From NCBI GenBank assembly GCA_046263055.1, contig JBHELO010000014.1:32-64031 (forward strand): DNA of 64,000 nucleotides. The letters are read 5' to 3'. The notes beneath the pieces were generated by a model. It did no database searches. It had not been told where the DNA came from and was given only the letters and a program-made list of their open reading frames with translations. This stretch comes from Acidimicrobiales bacterium. GTDB lineage: Bacteria; Actinomycetota; Acidimicrobiia; Acidimicrobiales; AC-14. Shown piece by piece: positions 46,546-55,439 of the stretch (the stretch's first letter is position 1; every line of letters starts with the position of its first letter). Both the position numbers and the translations under genes were made by a program.

Positions 46546-47198
46546 TCGAGAACCTCGGCCAGGCGGGCGGCGAGCACGTCGTGGTCCGCCCGCAGGCGCT
46601 GCACCTCGGCGCGCACGTCGGCCAGGGCCGACTCCAGGGCCTCGATGCGGTCGCCCCGGGTGACGCGGGCGTGGTCGGCGGCGGGCGGCGGGCCGTCGTC
46701 GGGGGCCGGCTCGCCGCCCACCAGGTGGCCCCAGCGGGCCTCCTTCTGGCCCGGCGCCCGGCCGAGACGGGCCACGAGCGGCTCCTCGCGGGCGGCCAGT
46801 GCAGCTAGTACGGCCTCCACCTCGTCGACCTCGGCAAACGGGTGCAACCGCTCGGCCCGGGTGCGCAGCTCGGCCGCCGTCTGCCCGCCCCGCAGCAGGA
46901 GCACGGCCAGCACCGCCAGCTCCGGGTCGGCGAGGCTCCACGCCTCGTCGAGGACGTGGCGGTACTTGTCGGCCCGGTTGGACCGGCTGTACACGACCCG
47001 GAGGAGGCCGTAGGCCTTGAGATTCTCGATGGCGTTGGCCACCGTGGCCTCCGACAGGGCTACCACCGGCCACCGGTTGGTGGTCTGGTTGCAGGCCGAG
47101 AGGAGCCCGTTCATGGTGAGCGGGTAGTTGTCCGGGGTGGCACGCTCCTTCTCGAGCAGGCAGCCCAGCACACGCACCTGGACCGGCGACAGCTGCAC
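46542..47198 (-). CDS. DUF480 (YceH-like) winged-helix protein
   Basis: LSPVQVRVLGCLLEKERATPDNYPLTMNGLLSACNQTTNRWPVVALSE is characteristic of YceH. Confidence 0.8.
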   Translation of the reverse strand: MQLSPVQVRVLGCLLEKERATPDNYPLTMNGLLSACNQTTNRWPVVALSEATVANAIENLKAYGLLRVVYSRSNRADKYRHVLDEAWSLADPELAVLAVLLLRGGQTAAELRTRAERLHPFAEVDEVEAVLAALAAREEPLVARLGRAPGQKEARWGHLVGGEPAPDDGPPPAADHARVTRGDRIEALESALADVRAEVQRLRADHDVLAARLAEVLD

Positions 47199-47329
47199 CG
47201 GCGCAGCCTACGGCGACGCCGCGCCGGGAAAGACACTGCGTCCGACCCCGCCGTCCGGGTACCGCCGGCCACGCCCGTGGCCGCTGCCTTCGGGCCACGC
47301 CGGCCGGCGGGGTCGGTAGCGTTCGCGCC

Positions 47330-48256
47330 GTGCGCCACCACCTCCACGCCATCGTGCAGGTGGAGGTCGTCCTCCTGGCCATGGGCGCCGCCCTCCTGCT
47401 GGCCCTCACCTCGGTCGTCCAGCAACGGGCAGCGGCAGTGGTCCCCCACCACAAGTCGCTGCGACCCGGGCTGGTGGTCGAGCTGGTGCGCAGCCCACTG
47501 TGGGTGGCGGGGATGGCCACCGACGCCGGCGCCTACTTCCTTCAGTTCCTCGCCCTGCGACGAGGGACGCTCGTGCTCGTCCAGAGCGTGCTGGTCACCG
47601 GCCTGCTCTTCGCCCTGCCGTTCGGCGCCGCATGGTCGCACCGGCGGCTCTCCCGTTCCGACTGGCTGGGCACTCTGGCGGTGGTGGCCGGCCTCGCGGT
47701 CTTCCTGGTCACCGCCGGGCCGGAGCGGGGCCGGGGACAGCCGACCCCCGCCGGATGGGTCGTGCTCCTGGCCATGGTGGGGGTGGTCGTGGCCGTCCTC
47801 GTGCTGGCGGCGCCACCGGGGCCGAGCAAGGGACGCGGGCTATCGCTGGGCGCCGCCTGCGGGATCCTGTTCGGGCTCAACGCCGCCCTGACCAAAGCGT
47901 GCGCCGTCCTCCTCGACCACGGCGGCGTCGTCCACCTGCTCGGGTCGTGGCAGCTCTGGGTGCTGGTGGCGTCGGCCGCCTACGGGTTCCTCCTCTCCCA
48001 GAGCGCCTTCCAGGCCGGCCCCCTGGAGGCGTCATTGCCGGTGCTCACGATCAGCGACCCGTTGGTCAGCGCCGCCATCGGGCTCGGCGTCCTCCACGAG
48101 CACGTGGCCGCCGGCGCCGGCGCCGTCGCCCTGGAGGTGGCGGGCGCAGCGGCGATGGTGACGGGCGTCCTGCTGCTGGCCCGCTCCCCCCTGGTGGCGG
48201 CCACCGTGCTGGGCGGGCACGGTCCCGACCCCTCTCTCGTCGGCGAGCCGGAGTGA
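47330..48256 (+). CDS. polytopic membrane protein, DMT/NIPA-like transporter
   Basis: About 9-10 TM helices; SPLWVAGMATDAGAYFLQFLALRRGTLVLVQSVLV resembles DMT-superfamily proteins. Confidence 0.6.
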   Translation: MRHHLHAIVQVEVVLLAMGAALLLALTSVVQQRAAAVVPHHKSLRPGLVVELVRSPLWVAGMATDAGAYFLQFLALRRGTLVLVQSVLVTGLLFALPFGAAWSHRRLSRSDWLGTLAVVAGLAVFLVTAGPERGRGQPTPAGWVVLLAMVGVVVAVLVLAAPPGPSKGRGLSLGAACGILFGLNAALTKACAVLLDHGGVVHLLGSWQLWVLVASAAYGFLLSQSAFQAGPLEASLPVLTISDPLVSAAIGLGVLHEHVAAGAGAVALEVAGAAAMVTGVLLLARSPLVAATVLGGHGPDPSLVGEPE

Positions 48257-49140
48257 GCGGGGCGGCGCCCGGGTCCCTGCCCGGCGGCGGGAAGGGAGGG
48301 TCGGGTGGCGGGTCGGGCGGCGGGTCGGGCGGCGCGCCCCGGCGCGGCCCGCGGCACCCCGGGGCGCGGGGGGCGCTGGCCGCCGCCGCGGCGTGGACGG
48401 TCGGCCCCTTCGGGCTGAAGGACGTCTTCACCCTGGTCAACCTGGCCAGTGGCGTGGTGGGCGTCCACTATGCAGTGACGGGCCAGGTGCGGCGGGCCGG
48501 CTACGCGGTCATCGTGGGGTTCCTGCTGGGCGACCTCCTGGACGGGGCGGTGGCCCGGGCCACCGGCACCGGGAACCGCTTCGGTGGCCAGTTCGACACC
48601 ATCACCGACCACTTCGTGCACATCGTGGTGCCGGGACTGGTGCTGTACCAGGTGTACGCCGGGGCCGGCCACGCCCCCCTGGGGGCGGTGGTCATGGGAC
48701 TTCTGGTGGCCGCCGCCAGCGTGCGCCACTCGCTGTTCGCGGTCCGTGGCTTCGAGTACCCGCTGTGTTGGTGCGGGCTGCCCCGCACCATCGCCGGGTT
48801 CGGGGCCCTCTCCCTCCCGCTCTCACGGGTGTTCCCTCACCTGCCGGCGCCCTACGTCACCGGCGCGGTGGTGGTCGGGGGCATGTGCGTCCTGTGCGTC
48901 GTTCCCATCCCCTACATCACCCATCGGGGCCGGGCCCTGCAGTGGTACCTGAAGGTCTTCATCACCGTGTTCTTCGCCGGACTGCCCCTGTGCCTGCTGT
49001 TGGCGCGCAGCCTGTTCTTCGACCTGCTCCTGCTGGGAACCGCGTTCTACGCCGCCACCGGGTGGATCCCCCTTCACCCCGACGAGCGACGGGACTTCGC
49101 CGCCGAACGCCACCTGTGGGCGGCAGCCGTGGAGCGGTAG
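48253..49140 (+). CDS. CDP-alcohol phosphatidyltransferase-family protein
   Basis: GDLLDGAVARATGTGNRFGGQFDTITD matches D-x2-DG-x2-AR...G-x3-D-x3-D. Multiple TM helices. The GTG start forms GTGA with the upstream stop. Gly/Ser-repeat N-terminus. Confidence 0.7.
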   Translation: MSGAAPGSLPGGGKGGSGGGSGGGSGGAPRRGPRHPGARGALAAAAAWTVGPFGLKDVFTLVNLASGVVGVHYAVTGQVRRAGYAVIVGFLLGDLLDGAVARATGTGNRFGGQFDTITDHFVHIVVPGLVLYQVYAGAGHAPLGAVVMGLLVAAASVRHSLFAVRGFEYPLCWCGLPRTIAGFGALSLPLSRVFPHLPAPYVTGAVVVGGMCVLCVVPIPYITHRGRALQWYLKVFITVFFAGLPLCLLLARSLFFDLLLLGTAFYAATGWIPLHPDERRDFAAERHLWAAAVER

Positions 49141-49147
49141 CAGCCCG

Positions 49148-50272
49148 CTAGGCGAAGAAGGAGGCGGCCGCTTCGCACACCCGGTCCACCACCGCCTCGG
49201 GCATGGCCGAGTGGAGCGGCAGTGAGACCACCTCGGCGGCGGCCCGCTCGGTGACGTCCAGGCACCCGCGCCGGCACGACTCGAACAAGGTCATGGTGTG
49301 GGCCGGCGTCCAGTGGATGCCGGTGTCGACGCCCAGGCGGGCGAGGTGGTCGCGGAAGGCGTCGCGACGTTCGGCGGCGACCCGCACGTAATAGAGGAAG
49401 GGGTTGAGGGCGCTGATGTCGGCGTCGGGGACGGTCAGGCCGTCGACGCCGGACAAGGCGGCCCGGTAGCGCTGGCAGGCCGCCTGCCGGGTGGAGCGGA
49501 TGTAGTCGAGCTTCGCCACCTGGGCCAGGCCGATGGCGGCGTGCACGTTGGAAAGGTGGTAGCGGAAGCCGGGCGCGGTGGCGTCGTAGCTCCACAGCCG
49601 GGCATTCTGGTAGGTCACCTCGGCCGGGGCGGTCGAACCCAGGACCCGCATCTCCCGGGCCTGGGCCAGCTCCTCGTCGGAGCGGACGAGCACGGCCCCG
49701 GCGTCGATGCACGACACCGCCTTGACGGGGTCGAAGGAGAACATGCAGATGTCGGAGAAGCTGCCAACCATGGCGTCGCCGTCCGCCGCCCCGAACGAGT
49801 GGGCGGCATCGTGGACGATGCGCAGGCCGGAGCGCCCGGCCAGCTCGGCCAGCGCAGTGTGGTCACAGAGGTGGCAGCCGTAGTCGATGGGGATGACGGC
49901 CCGGGTACGGGGGCCCACCAGGGTGGCGGCCTTGGCCACGTCGATGCACAGGGTGGCGTCGTCGATGTCGCACAGGACCGGCTGGGCGCCCACGGCCAGA
50001 ATGGCCTGCAGATCGGCGAGGTGGGCGAACGACGGCACGATGACCTCGTGGCCCGGGCCCACCCCGGCCAGCAGCAGCCCCACGTGCAGCGCCGCGTACC
50101 CGGTGCTGACCGCCAACACCCGGCGGGAGCCGGCGTCGACCGCCTTCTGCACCGCCAACTCGAACTCCTCGACCATGCTGCCCATCCCCAGCCAGCCGTG
50201 ACGGAGGGCGCTGGAGGCCGCTTCGACCTCCTCCTCCTGGATCAGCGGCTTGTAGATGGGGATCCGGTCCAT
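49148..50272 (-). CDS. DegT/DnrJ/EryC1/StrS-family PLP-dependent sugar aminotransferase
   Basis: MDRIPIYKPLIQEEEVEAA, HDAAHSFGA and SFDPVKAVS (PLP lysine). ATG 50272 is preceded by GGAGG. Confidence 0.85.
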   Translation of the reverse strand: MDRIPIYKPLIQEEEVEAASSALRHGWLGMGSMVEEFELAVQKAVDAGSRRVLAVSTGYAALHVGLLLAGVGPGHEVIVPSFAHLADLQAILAVGAQPVLCDIDDATLCIDVAKAATLVGPRTRAVIPIDYGCHLCDHTALAELAGRSGLRIVHDAAHSFGAADGDAMVGSFSDICMFSFDPVKAVSCIDAGAVLVRSDEELAQAREMRVLGSTAPAEVTYQNARLWSYDATAPGFRYHLSNVHAAIGLAQVAKLDYIRSTRQAACQRYRAALSGVDGLTVPDADISALNPFLYYVRVAAERRDAFRDHLARLGVDTGIHWTPAHTMTLFESCRRGCLDVTERAAAEVVSLPLHSAMPEAVVDRVCEAAASFFA

Positions 50273-50541
50273 TGCGCCTCCACGCTCGCAGGCCCCTCCC
50301 GGTGCTGCCCCCCGGTCCGTCACCCTTGCTGCCACCCCGTTCATCTGAGCACACCCCAAGCGCCGACCACGCCCTCCCGGGGCGGACCGGCTGCGCCGGC
50401 CACACCGGGGCCGACGGCCCCGGCCCCGATCGGGACATGCCATGGTGGCAGACGGGACCGACCTTCGTCTTCCTGGCGGCGGCGACGCCGGCTGCTGGTC
50501 CGTGCCGACGCCGTTCGTGGCCCGGGCGCGGTGGAACGGAG

Positions 50542-51090
50542 ATGGCGGCTGCCGACCTGCGGCGGGCCGTGATCGACGTCGTCGGGGGCTCCGGGGCCGC
50601 CCGGGCGCGGGTGGCGGCGGTAGCGGCCGAAGTTGCCGGCTTCGACGTGGGCCTCGTGGCGCCGGTGGCCGCCGCCGGGGCGGTGATGGGCCGGGTCTCG
50701 GCGACCGGCGCCCGCTGGTCGGGGCTGCCCGCCGGCATTCCGGTGAGGGTGGCGGGCCACGACCACCCGGTGGGGGCGGTGGGTGCCGGGCGGCGGCGAG
50801 ATCCGCCGCTTCTCCCGGACGGGCCACCGGCTTCGGTGTGGGCCATCCTGCCCGACGCCCTGGCCACCTGCGCGGCCGAGGCCGCGAGAGGGTGACCGCC
50901 GTCGCCGGGCCCCGGCGACGGGTGGTGCTCATCGGCGGCGGCGCCCACCACGGGCCGGGCCCGGCCGCCCGGGTCCGGCGGCTGGCCCTGCCGGTATCGG
51001 TTGCCGCCGCCAGGAGCCGGTGGCCAGGGGCGCCGCCAGCTTCGCCAGCGTCGCCGCAGGCTGGTGGCCGAACGTGTTCAGCGCCGGCGA
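50542..51090 (+). pseudogene. degraded remnant of an FGGY-family carbohydrate kinase
   Basis: FGGY-like blocks lie in three different frames: GIPVRVAGHDHPVGAVGAG (frame of 50272), RRVVLIGGGA (frame of 50442) and EPVARGAASFASVAAG (frame of 50783). They are compressed into about 550 nt where an intact gene would need about 1.5 kb. Confidence 0.35.
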
Positions 51091-51554
51091 TAGAAGGTCG
51101 CCCGCCAGCGGCCGGTGAGGGGGAAGCTGGCCACCTTCCCGGACGCCGCAACCAGCCAGCCGAGCACGCCGTCGACGTCGGCGTCGTCGGGCACCTCGGC
51201 CACCAGGCCCCGGGTGGGGTGGTCCTGGGTGACCCGCCAGCCGGCGGGAACGGGAAGGCCGGCATCAGCCAGGCGGCGCACGATCCGTCCTCCGGCCGCG
51301 TGCTGCACCCCGACGGTCGTGGGCTTGAACCCCTCACCGGCGGCCTCCCCCGGCAGCCAGGTGGCCAGGAGGGATTCGGGGCCGCGGGCCCCGAAGAACC
51401 GCAACAGGCCCTGACGGGGAGGCTCGACGCCCTCCGGAAGGATGGGCGACACGTTGACCCACCCCTGGCGGTCGGCGGCCAGCCTGCGCATGCGGCTCAC
51501 CACAGCCTCGCGGTCGTCGGGGCGGAACACCACCTCGTCGGGCTCGTCCGCCAC
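51078..51554 (-). CDS. hypothetical protein (158 aa)
   Basis: ATG start and balanced composition (MADEPDEVVFRPDDREAVVSRMRRLAADRQGW...). No motif recognised. Confidence 0.5.
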   Translation of the reverse strand: MADEPDEVVFRPDDREAVVSRMRRLAADRQGWVNVSPILPEGVEPPRQGLLRFFGARGPESLLATWLPGEAAGEGFKPTTVGVQHAAGGRIVRRLADAGLPVPAGWRVTQDHPTRGLVAEVPDDADVDGVLGWLVAASGKVASFPLTGRWRATFYRRR

Positions 51555-51648
51555 CGGCCGTCACCGTACCGCCGGGCCGAGGGCTTCCGGCGCGCCAGTC
51601 GGGGGGCTTCGGCACCGGGACTGGGTGCGCCGGGAGGGATGAGGGCGA

Positions 51649-52317
51649 TCAGGCGGCGGACAGCGACGCCAGCAGGGCGTCCACCAGGCACTCGGGCGAG
51701 ACGGCGACCGGTGCGGCCACGCCGGCCAGGGCGGCGGCGGCCCGTGCCCGCGCCGCCGGGTCGAGGGCCAGGAGGCCGACCAGGGCGGCGGGCTCCCACC
51801 GCAGGAGCGCCGCGCACTGGAACAGCGCCCCGGCCCGGGCCCGGTGCTGGCTGATTCCCACCACCTTCTTGCCGCCCAGCAGGAGCTCGCCGGGGCCCAG
51901 GCCGGCGAAGCACGCCAACCGCGACCACTCGGTGGCCACGAGTCGGCCCCGATGGACGGTGGCATGGAGGCCGAGGCGGGCGAGGGCCGACGCCCAGGCC
52001 TCTCCCAGCCAGTGGGTGGCCCGACCCACGTCCCGGTGCCAGCGATGGTCGTCGGCGGGGACGAACACGTCGACCCACACGGCCTCGCCGGGGCCGACGA
52101 GGACCGCTCCCCCGCCGCTGCGGCGGCGGACGACGTCCACGCCGGCGGCGGCCGCCACACGGGCGTCCACCACCGCCGGGTCCTGGGTGCTGCCGAGGAC
52201 CAGCGCCGGGCCCGTCGCCGACACCACCCGGACGGCGGGAGTCCCGGCCTCGCCTCGGGCGGGCGCCGGCCACGGCCCTCCATGGGCCCCCGCCGCCGTC
52301 CCTTCCCACCACTCCAC
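51649..52317 (-). CDS. biotin/lipoate A/B protein ligase-family protein (LplA/LipB-like catalytic domain)
   Basis: RRRSGGGAVLVGPGE, CFAGLGPGELLLGGKKVVGISQHR (lysine motif). GTG 52317 chosen as the start. Confidence 0.6.
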   Translation of the reverse strand: MEWWEGTAAGAHGGPWPAPARGEAGTPAVRVVSATGPALVLGSTQDPAVVDARVAAAAGVDVVRRRSGGGAVLVGPGEAVWVDVFVPADDHRWHRDVGRATHWLGEAWASALARLGLHATVHRGRLVATEWSRLACFAGLGPGELLLGGKKVVGISQHRARAGALFQCAALLRWEPAALVGLLALDPAARARAAAALAGVAAPVAVSPECLVDALLASLSAA

Positions 52318-52349
52318 GGCCCACCGCCCGGCCCGGGCCGGCTCGCCGG

Positions 52350-52859
52350 TCAGGCCGACAGCGCCGTCCCCGCCTGGAGGTACTGCTCCCAGGTGGGGTG
52401 GACCGAGCCCACCGCCACGATGATCCACGTGAGCTCCTGGGGCGCCACCGGGCGCCGCCGCAGGGTCAGCCCCGTCTCGTGGACGAGCCGGTCCTCCTTG
52501 CGGGTGTTGCACGGGCGGCAGGCGGCCACCACGTTCTCCCACGTGTGCGTCCCGCCCCGGCTGCGAGGGATGACGTGGTCGATGTTCTCGGCCGCCGCCC
52601 CGCAGTACTGGCAGCGGTGATCGTCCCGGGCGAACACCGCCCGGCGGTTCAGGGCGGCCCGGGCCCGGAACGGCACCTTCACGAAGTAGGTGAGCCGGAT
52701 CACCGACGGCTCGGGCAGGGCGGCCCGCTCCGAGTGGAACTGGCGGTCGGTGGCGTGGAGGACCTCGGCCTTGTGCTTGAGCACCAGCACCAGGGCACGC
52801 CGGGCGGGGACCACACAGAGGGGCTCGAAGGTCGCGTTGAGGACGAGGGCCTTCGACAT
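52350..52859 (-). CDS. HNH endonuclease (McrA-like, stand-alone)
   Basis: RDDHRCQYCG...NIDHVIPRSRGGTHTWENVVAACRPCNTRK. ATG 52859. Confidence 0.85.
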   Translation of the reverse strand: MSKALVLNATFEPLCVVPARRALVLVLKHKAEVLHATDRQFHSERAALPEPSVIRLTYFVKVPFRARAALNRRAVFARDDHRCQYCGAAAENIDHVIPRSRGGTHTWENVVAACRPCNTRKEDRLVHETGLTLRRRPVAPQELTWIIVAVGSVHPTWEQYLQAGTALSA

Positions 52860-52999
52860 CAGGGCGCCGCCGGTCGGGCCGACCGGCCCTGTGCTGCGAT
52901 CCGTGCTGGTGGCTCGACCATCGGCCGCAAAGGGTATCGCGAGCCGCCTGCGTGCATGCCGGCAATCAGCCTGGTCAGCGACCGCCCGGCAGGCGGGTC

Positions 53000-53347
53000 C
53001 TACACGGGGGGCGGGGGCGGGCGGATCCCCGGGCCCCGGCGTGCGACCCGTGGCCAGAGCCGCCGCCGGCCGCTTCCCGCACTTGTCGAGCACCACTCGA
53101 GCCACGCCACCACGTCGCCTGCCTCGGGCGGGTGGTGGGGGTCGCCGTAGGCCGTGCGGGCCCGGAATGCCAACCACTCGGGGTCGGGCCGCGGGAGCGG
53201 CGGCCACCGGCGCCACCACCCCGGTCGAGCCAGTCGGAACGCCTGGGTGACGGCCACCGGCCACAACCGCGGACGGGTTGCCACCGCTGCCAGCACCGGC
53301 CACACCCACGGCCCCTGATCGGCGGGCGCCGACGGAGCGACGGTCAA
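53000..53347 (-). CDS. hypothetical Trp-rich small protein (115 aa)
   Basis: The TTG start forms TTGA with the ROK gene stop. WPVLAAVATRPRLWPVAVTQAFRLARPGWWRRWPPLPRPDPEWLAFRARTAYGD. GC3 is lower than in neighbouring genes. Confidence 0.3.
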   Translation of the reverse strand: MTVAPSAPADQGPWVWPVLAAVATRPRLWPVAVTQAFRLARPGWWRRWPPLPRPDPEWLAFRARTAYGDPHHPPEAGDVVAWLEWCSTSAGSGRRRLWPRVARRGPGIRPPPPPV

Positions 53348-54213
53348 CACCGGCCCAGGCCCCGCCAGCCGACGGCGGCGGCGCCCACCAGCGGGCCGGC
53401 GTCGCCCAGGCCGGCGGGGACGATGCGGGTGCCGGCCGAGAAGTCGAGGCGGGCCCGGCGGTCGATCTCGGCCTGGGCGGCGGCGAAGAACGGCGCCCCG
53501 AAGCCCAGGGCCACCGACCCGGCCACCACCGCGAGCGGCAGGTCGAGGAGGTTGGCCACCGACGCCACCGCCCGCCCGACCATCGTGGCGGTGCGGGTCA
53601 CGACCTCGGGCGTGGCCTCGGCCGGCGGGCGGCCGGTGGCGGCGGCGATGGAGGGGCCCGACGCCTCCGCCTCCAGGCACCCCCGGGCGCCACAGGCGCA
53701 GGTACGCCCCTCGGGCTCCACCATGAGGTGGCCGATGTGGCCGGCGTTGCCGCCGGCCCCGTCCAGCAGGCGGCCGTCGAGCACGATGCCGCCGCCGACG
53801 CCGGTGGACACGACCATGGCCAGGAAGTCGGAGGCGCCGGCCGCCGCGCCCCGCCACCCCTCGCCCAGGGCCAGGGCCTTGGCGTCGTTGTCCACGAAGG
53901 TGGGCAGGCCGGTGGCCTCGCCCAGGCGGGCCCGCAGGGGGAAGTCGCGCCACGCCCCGATGTTGAGGGGCGACACGGCTTCGCCCCCCGGGGCCATCGG
54001 GCCGCCACAGCCCACTCCGCACACCGCCACCTCGCCGTTGCCGGCCACTGCGTCGGCCACCGCCAGCAGGCGATCGAACACCTCCTCGGCGTCGTCGGTG
54101 ACGGGCGTGGGCCCGGCGGCCCGGGCCACCACCTCACCGTCGGCCGTCACCAGGGCGGCCGCCAGCTTGGTGCCGCCCACGTCGATCGCCAGGGCCAGGT
54201 CGATGCCCCCCAC
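53344..54213 (-). CDS. ROK-family sugar kinase (glucokinase-like)
   Basis: LAIDVGGTKLAAA, the ROK zinc motif CACGARGCLEA, and GHLMVEP. GTG 54213 chosen; the ATG at 54405 would add 64 Arg/Gly-rich residues. Confidence 0.8.
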   Translation of the reverse strand: MGGIDLALAIDVGGTKLAAALVTADGEVVARAAGPTPVTDDAEEVFDRLLAVADAVAGNGEVAVCGVGCGGPMAPGGEAVSPLNIGAWRDFPLRARLGEATGLPTFVDNDAKALALGEGWRGAAAGASDFLAMVVSTGVGGGIVLDGRLLDGAGGNAGHIGHLMVEPEGRTCACGARGCLEAEASGPSIAAATGRPPAEATPEVVTRTATMVGRAVASVANLLDLPLAVVAGSVALGFGAPFFAAAQAEIDRRARLDFSAGTRIVPAGLGDAGPLVGAAAVGWRGLGRC

Positions 54214-54456
54214 CGTAGGGGCGGCCAGCCCGGGCCGGCGAGGATCCCCTCCCCGTGAACCCGCCAGCCGGTCGCCGCCCCGGCGGACCGTAGGGGCGAC
54301 CCGTCCGGCCCGCCCGTCGCCGCCCCGCCGGGGCGCCACCTGCCGGCCCAGGGCCCGGGTGCTTTCGTCGACGACACGGCAGTACGCTGGCCCGAGTCGT
54401 CGCACGCAGAGCGGTCGCCCCGGCCCGGACCGGGGGCAGGAGGCCCACCCGCAGCC

Positions 54457-55437
54457 GTGTCCAGGTCACCAGCCGTCGCCCGCTCCGCGCAGTCCTTCTC
54501 CCAGGGCTTCGACGCCGTCGTCGCCAACGTGGCGGCCGTCATCCAGGGCAAGAACGACGCCATCCGGCTGGCCCTCGTGTGCCTGGTGGCCGAGGGCCAC
54601 CTCCTGATCGAGGACGTGCCCGGCGTGGGCAAGACCAGCCTGGCCAAGGCCATGGCCGCCAGCATCGACTGCACCTGGGGCCGGGTGCAGTTCACCCCCG
54701 ACCTGCTCCCGTCCGACGTCACCGGCGTCACCGTCTACAACCGGGGCACGGGCGCCTTCGAGTTTCGCCCCGGGGGCATCTTCGCCAACGTGGTGCTGGC
54801 CGACGAGATCAACCGGGCGTCGCCCAAGACCCAGTCGGCCCTTCTGGAGGCCATGGAGGAACGGCAGGTGACGGCCGACAACGCCACCTACCGGCTGCCG
54901 TCGCCGTTCATGGTCATCGCCACCCAGAACCCGATCGAGCACGAGGGCACGTTCCCGCTGCCCGAGAGCCAGCTCGACCGCTTCCTGATGCGCATCCGCA
55001 TCGGCTACCCGGCCCGCCTGGCCGAGCTGGCCATCCTCGACACCCACGGGGCGGCCGAGCCCGCCCTGGCCTCCATCGGCCCGGTGCGGTCGGCGGCCGA
55101 CATCGAGCAGATGATCGCCGCCGCCCGGGCCATCCACGTGGCCCCTAGCCTCAAGGGCTACATCGTCGACCTGGCCGACGCCACCCGCCGCCGGCCCGAG
55201 CTGGCCCTCGGCGTGTCGCCCCGGGCCGCTCTCGGCCTGCTGCGGGTGGTGCGGGCCCGGGCCGCCGCGGTGGGACGCGACTACGTGGTGCCCGACGACG
55301 TCAAGGCCATGGTCGTGCCGGTGCTCGAGCACCGCCTGGCCCTCACCCCCGAGGCCCAGATGCGGGGCACCGGCCGGGCCGAGGTGCTGGCCGACGTGCT
55401 GGCCACCGTCGCCGTGCCCAGCCGGGGCGGGGCCTAG
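54457..55437 (+). CDS. MoxR-family AAA+ ATPase
   Basis: Walker A EDVPGVGKTSLAKA, Walker B VVLADEINRASPKTQSALLEAMEE, and VIATQNPIEHEGTFPLPESQLDRF. Confidence 0.9.
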   Translation: MSRSPAVARSAQSFSQGFDAVVANVAAVIQGKNDAIRLALVCLVAEGHLLIEDVPGVGKTSLAKAMAASIDCTWGRVQFTPDLLPSDVTGVTVYNRGTGAFEFRPGGIFANVVLADEINRASPKTQSALLEAMEERQVTADNATYRLPSPFMVIATQNPIEHEGTFPLPESQLDRFLMRIRIGYPARLAELAILDTHGAAEPALASIGPVRSAADIEQMIAAARAIHVAPSLKGYIVDLADATRRRPELALGVSPRAALGLLRVVRARAAAVGRDYVVPDDVKAMVVPVLEHRLALTPEAQMRGTGRAEVLADVLATVAVPSRGGA

Positions 55438-55439
55438 GA

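Noticed and set aside
52952-54607. 551-aa plus-strand ORF, and the upper part of the 340-aa minus-strand ORF at 53000-54022.
   Set aside because: They overlap the ROK kinase gene antisense or out of frame and translate to Arg/Pro/Ala-rich sequence. Only the terminal 115 codons of the minus-strand ORF, downstream of the ROK stop, were kept as a low-confidence feature.
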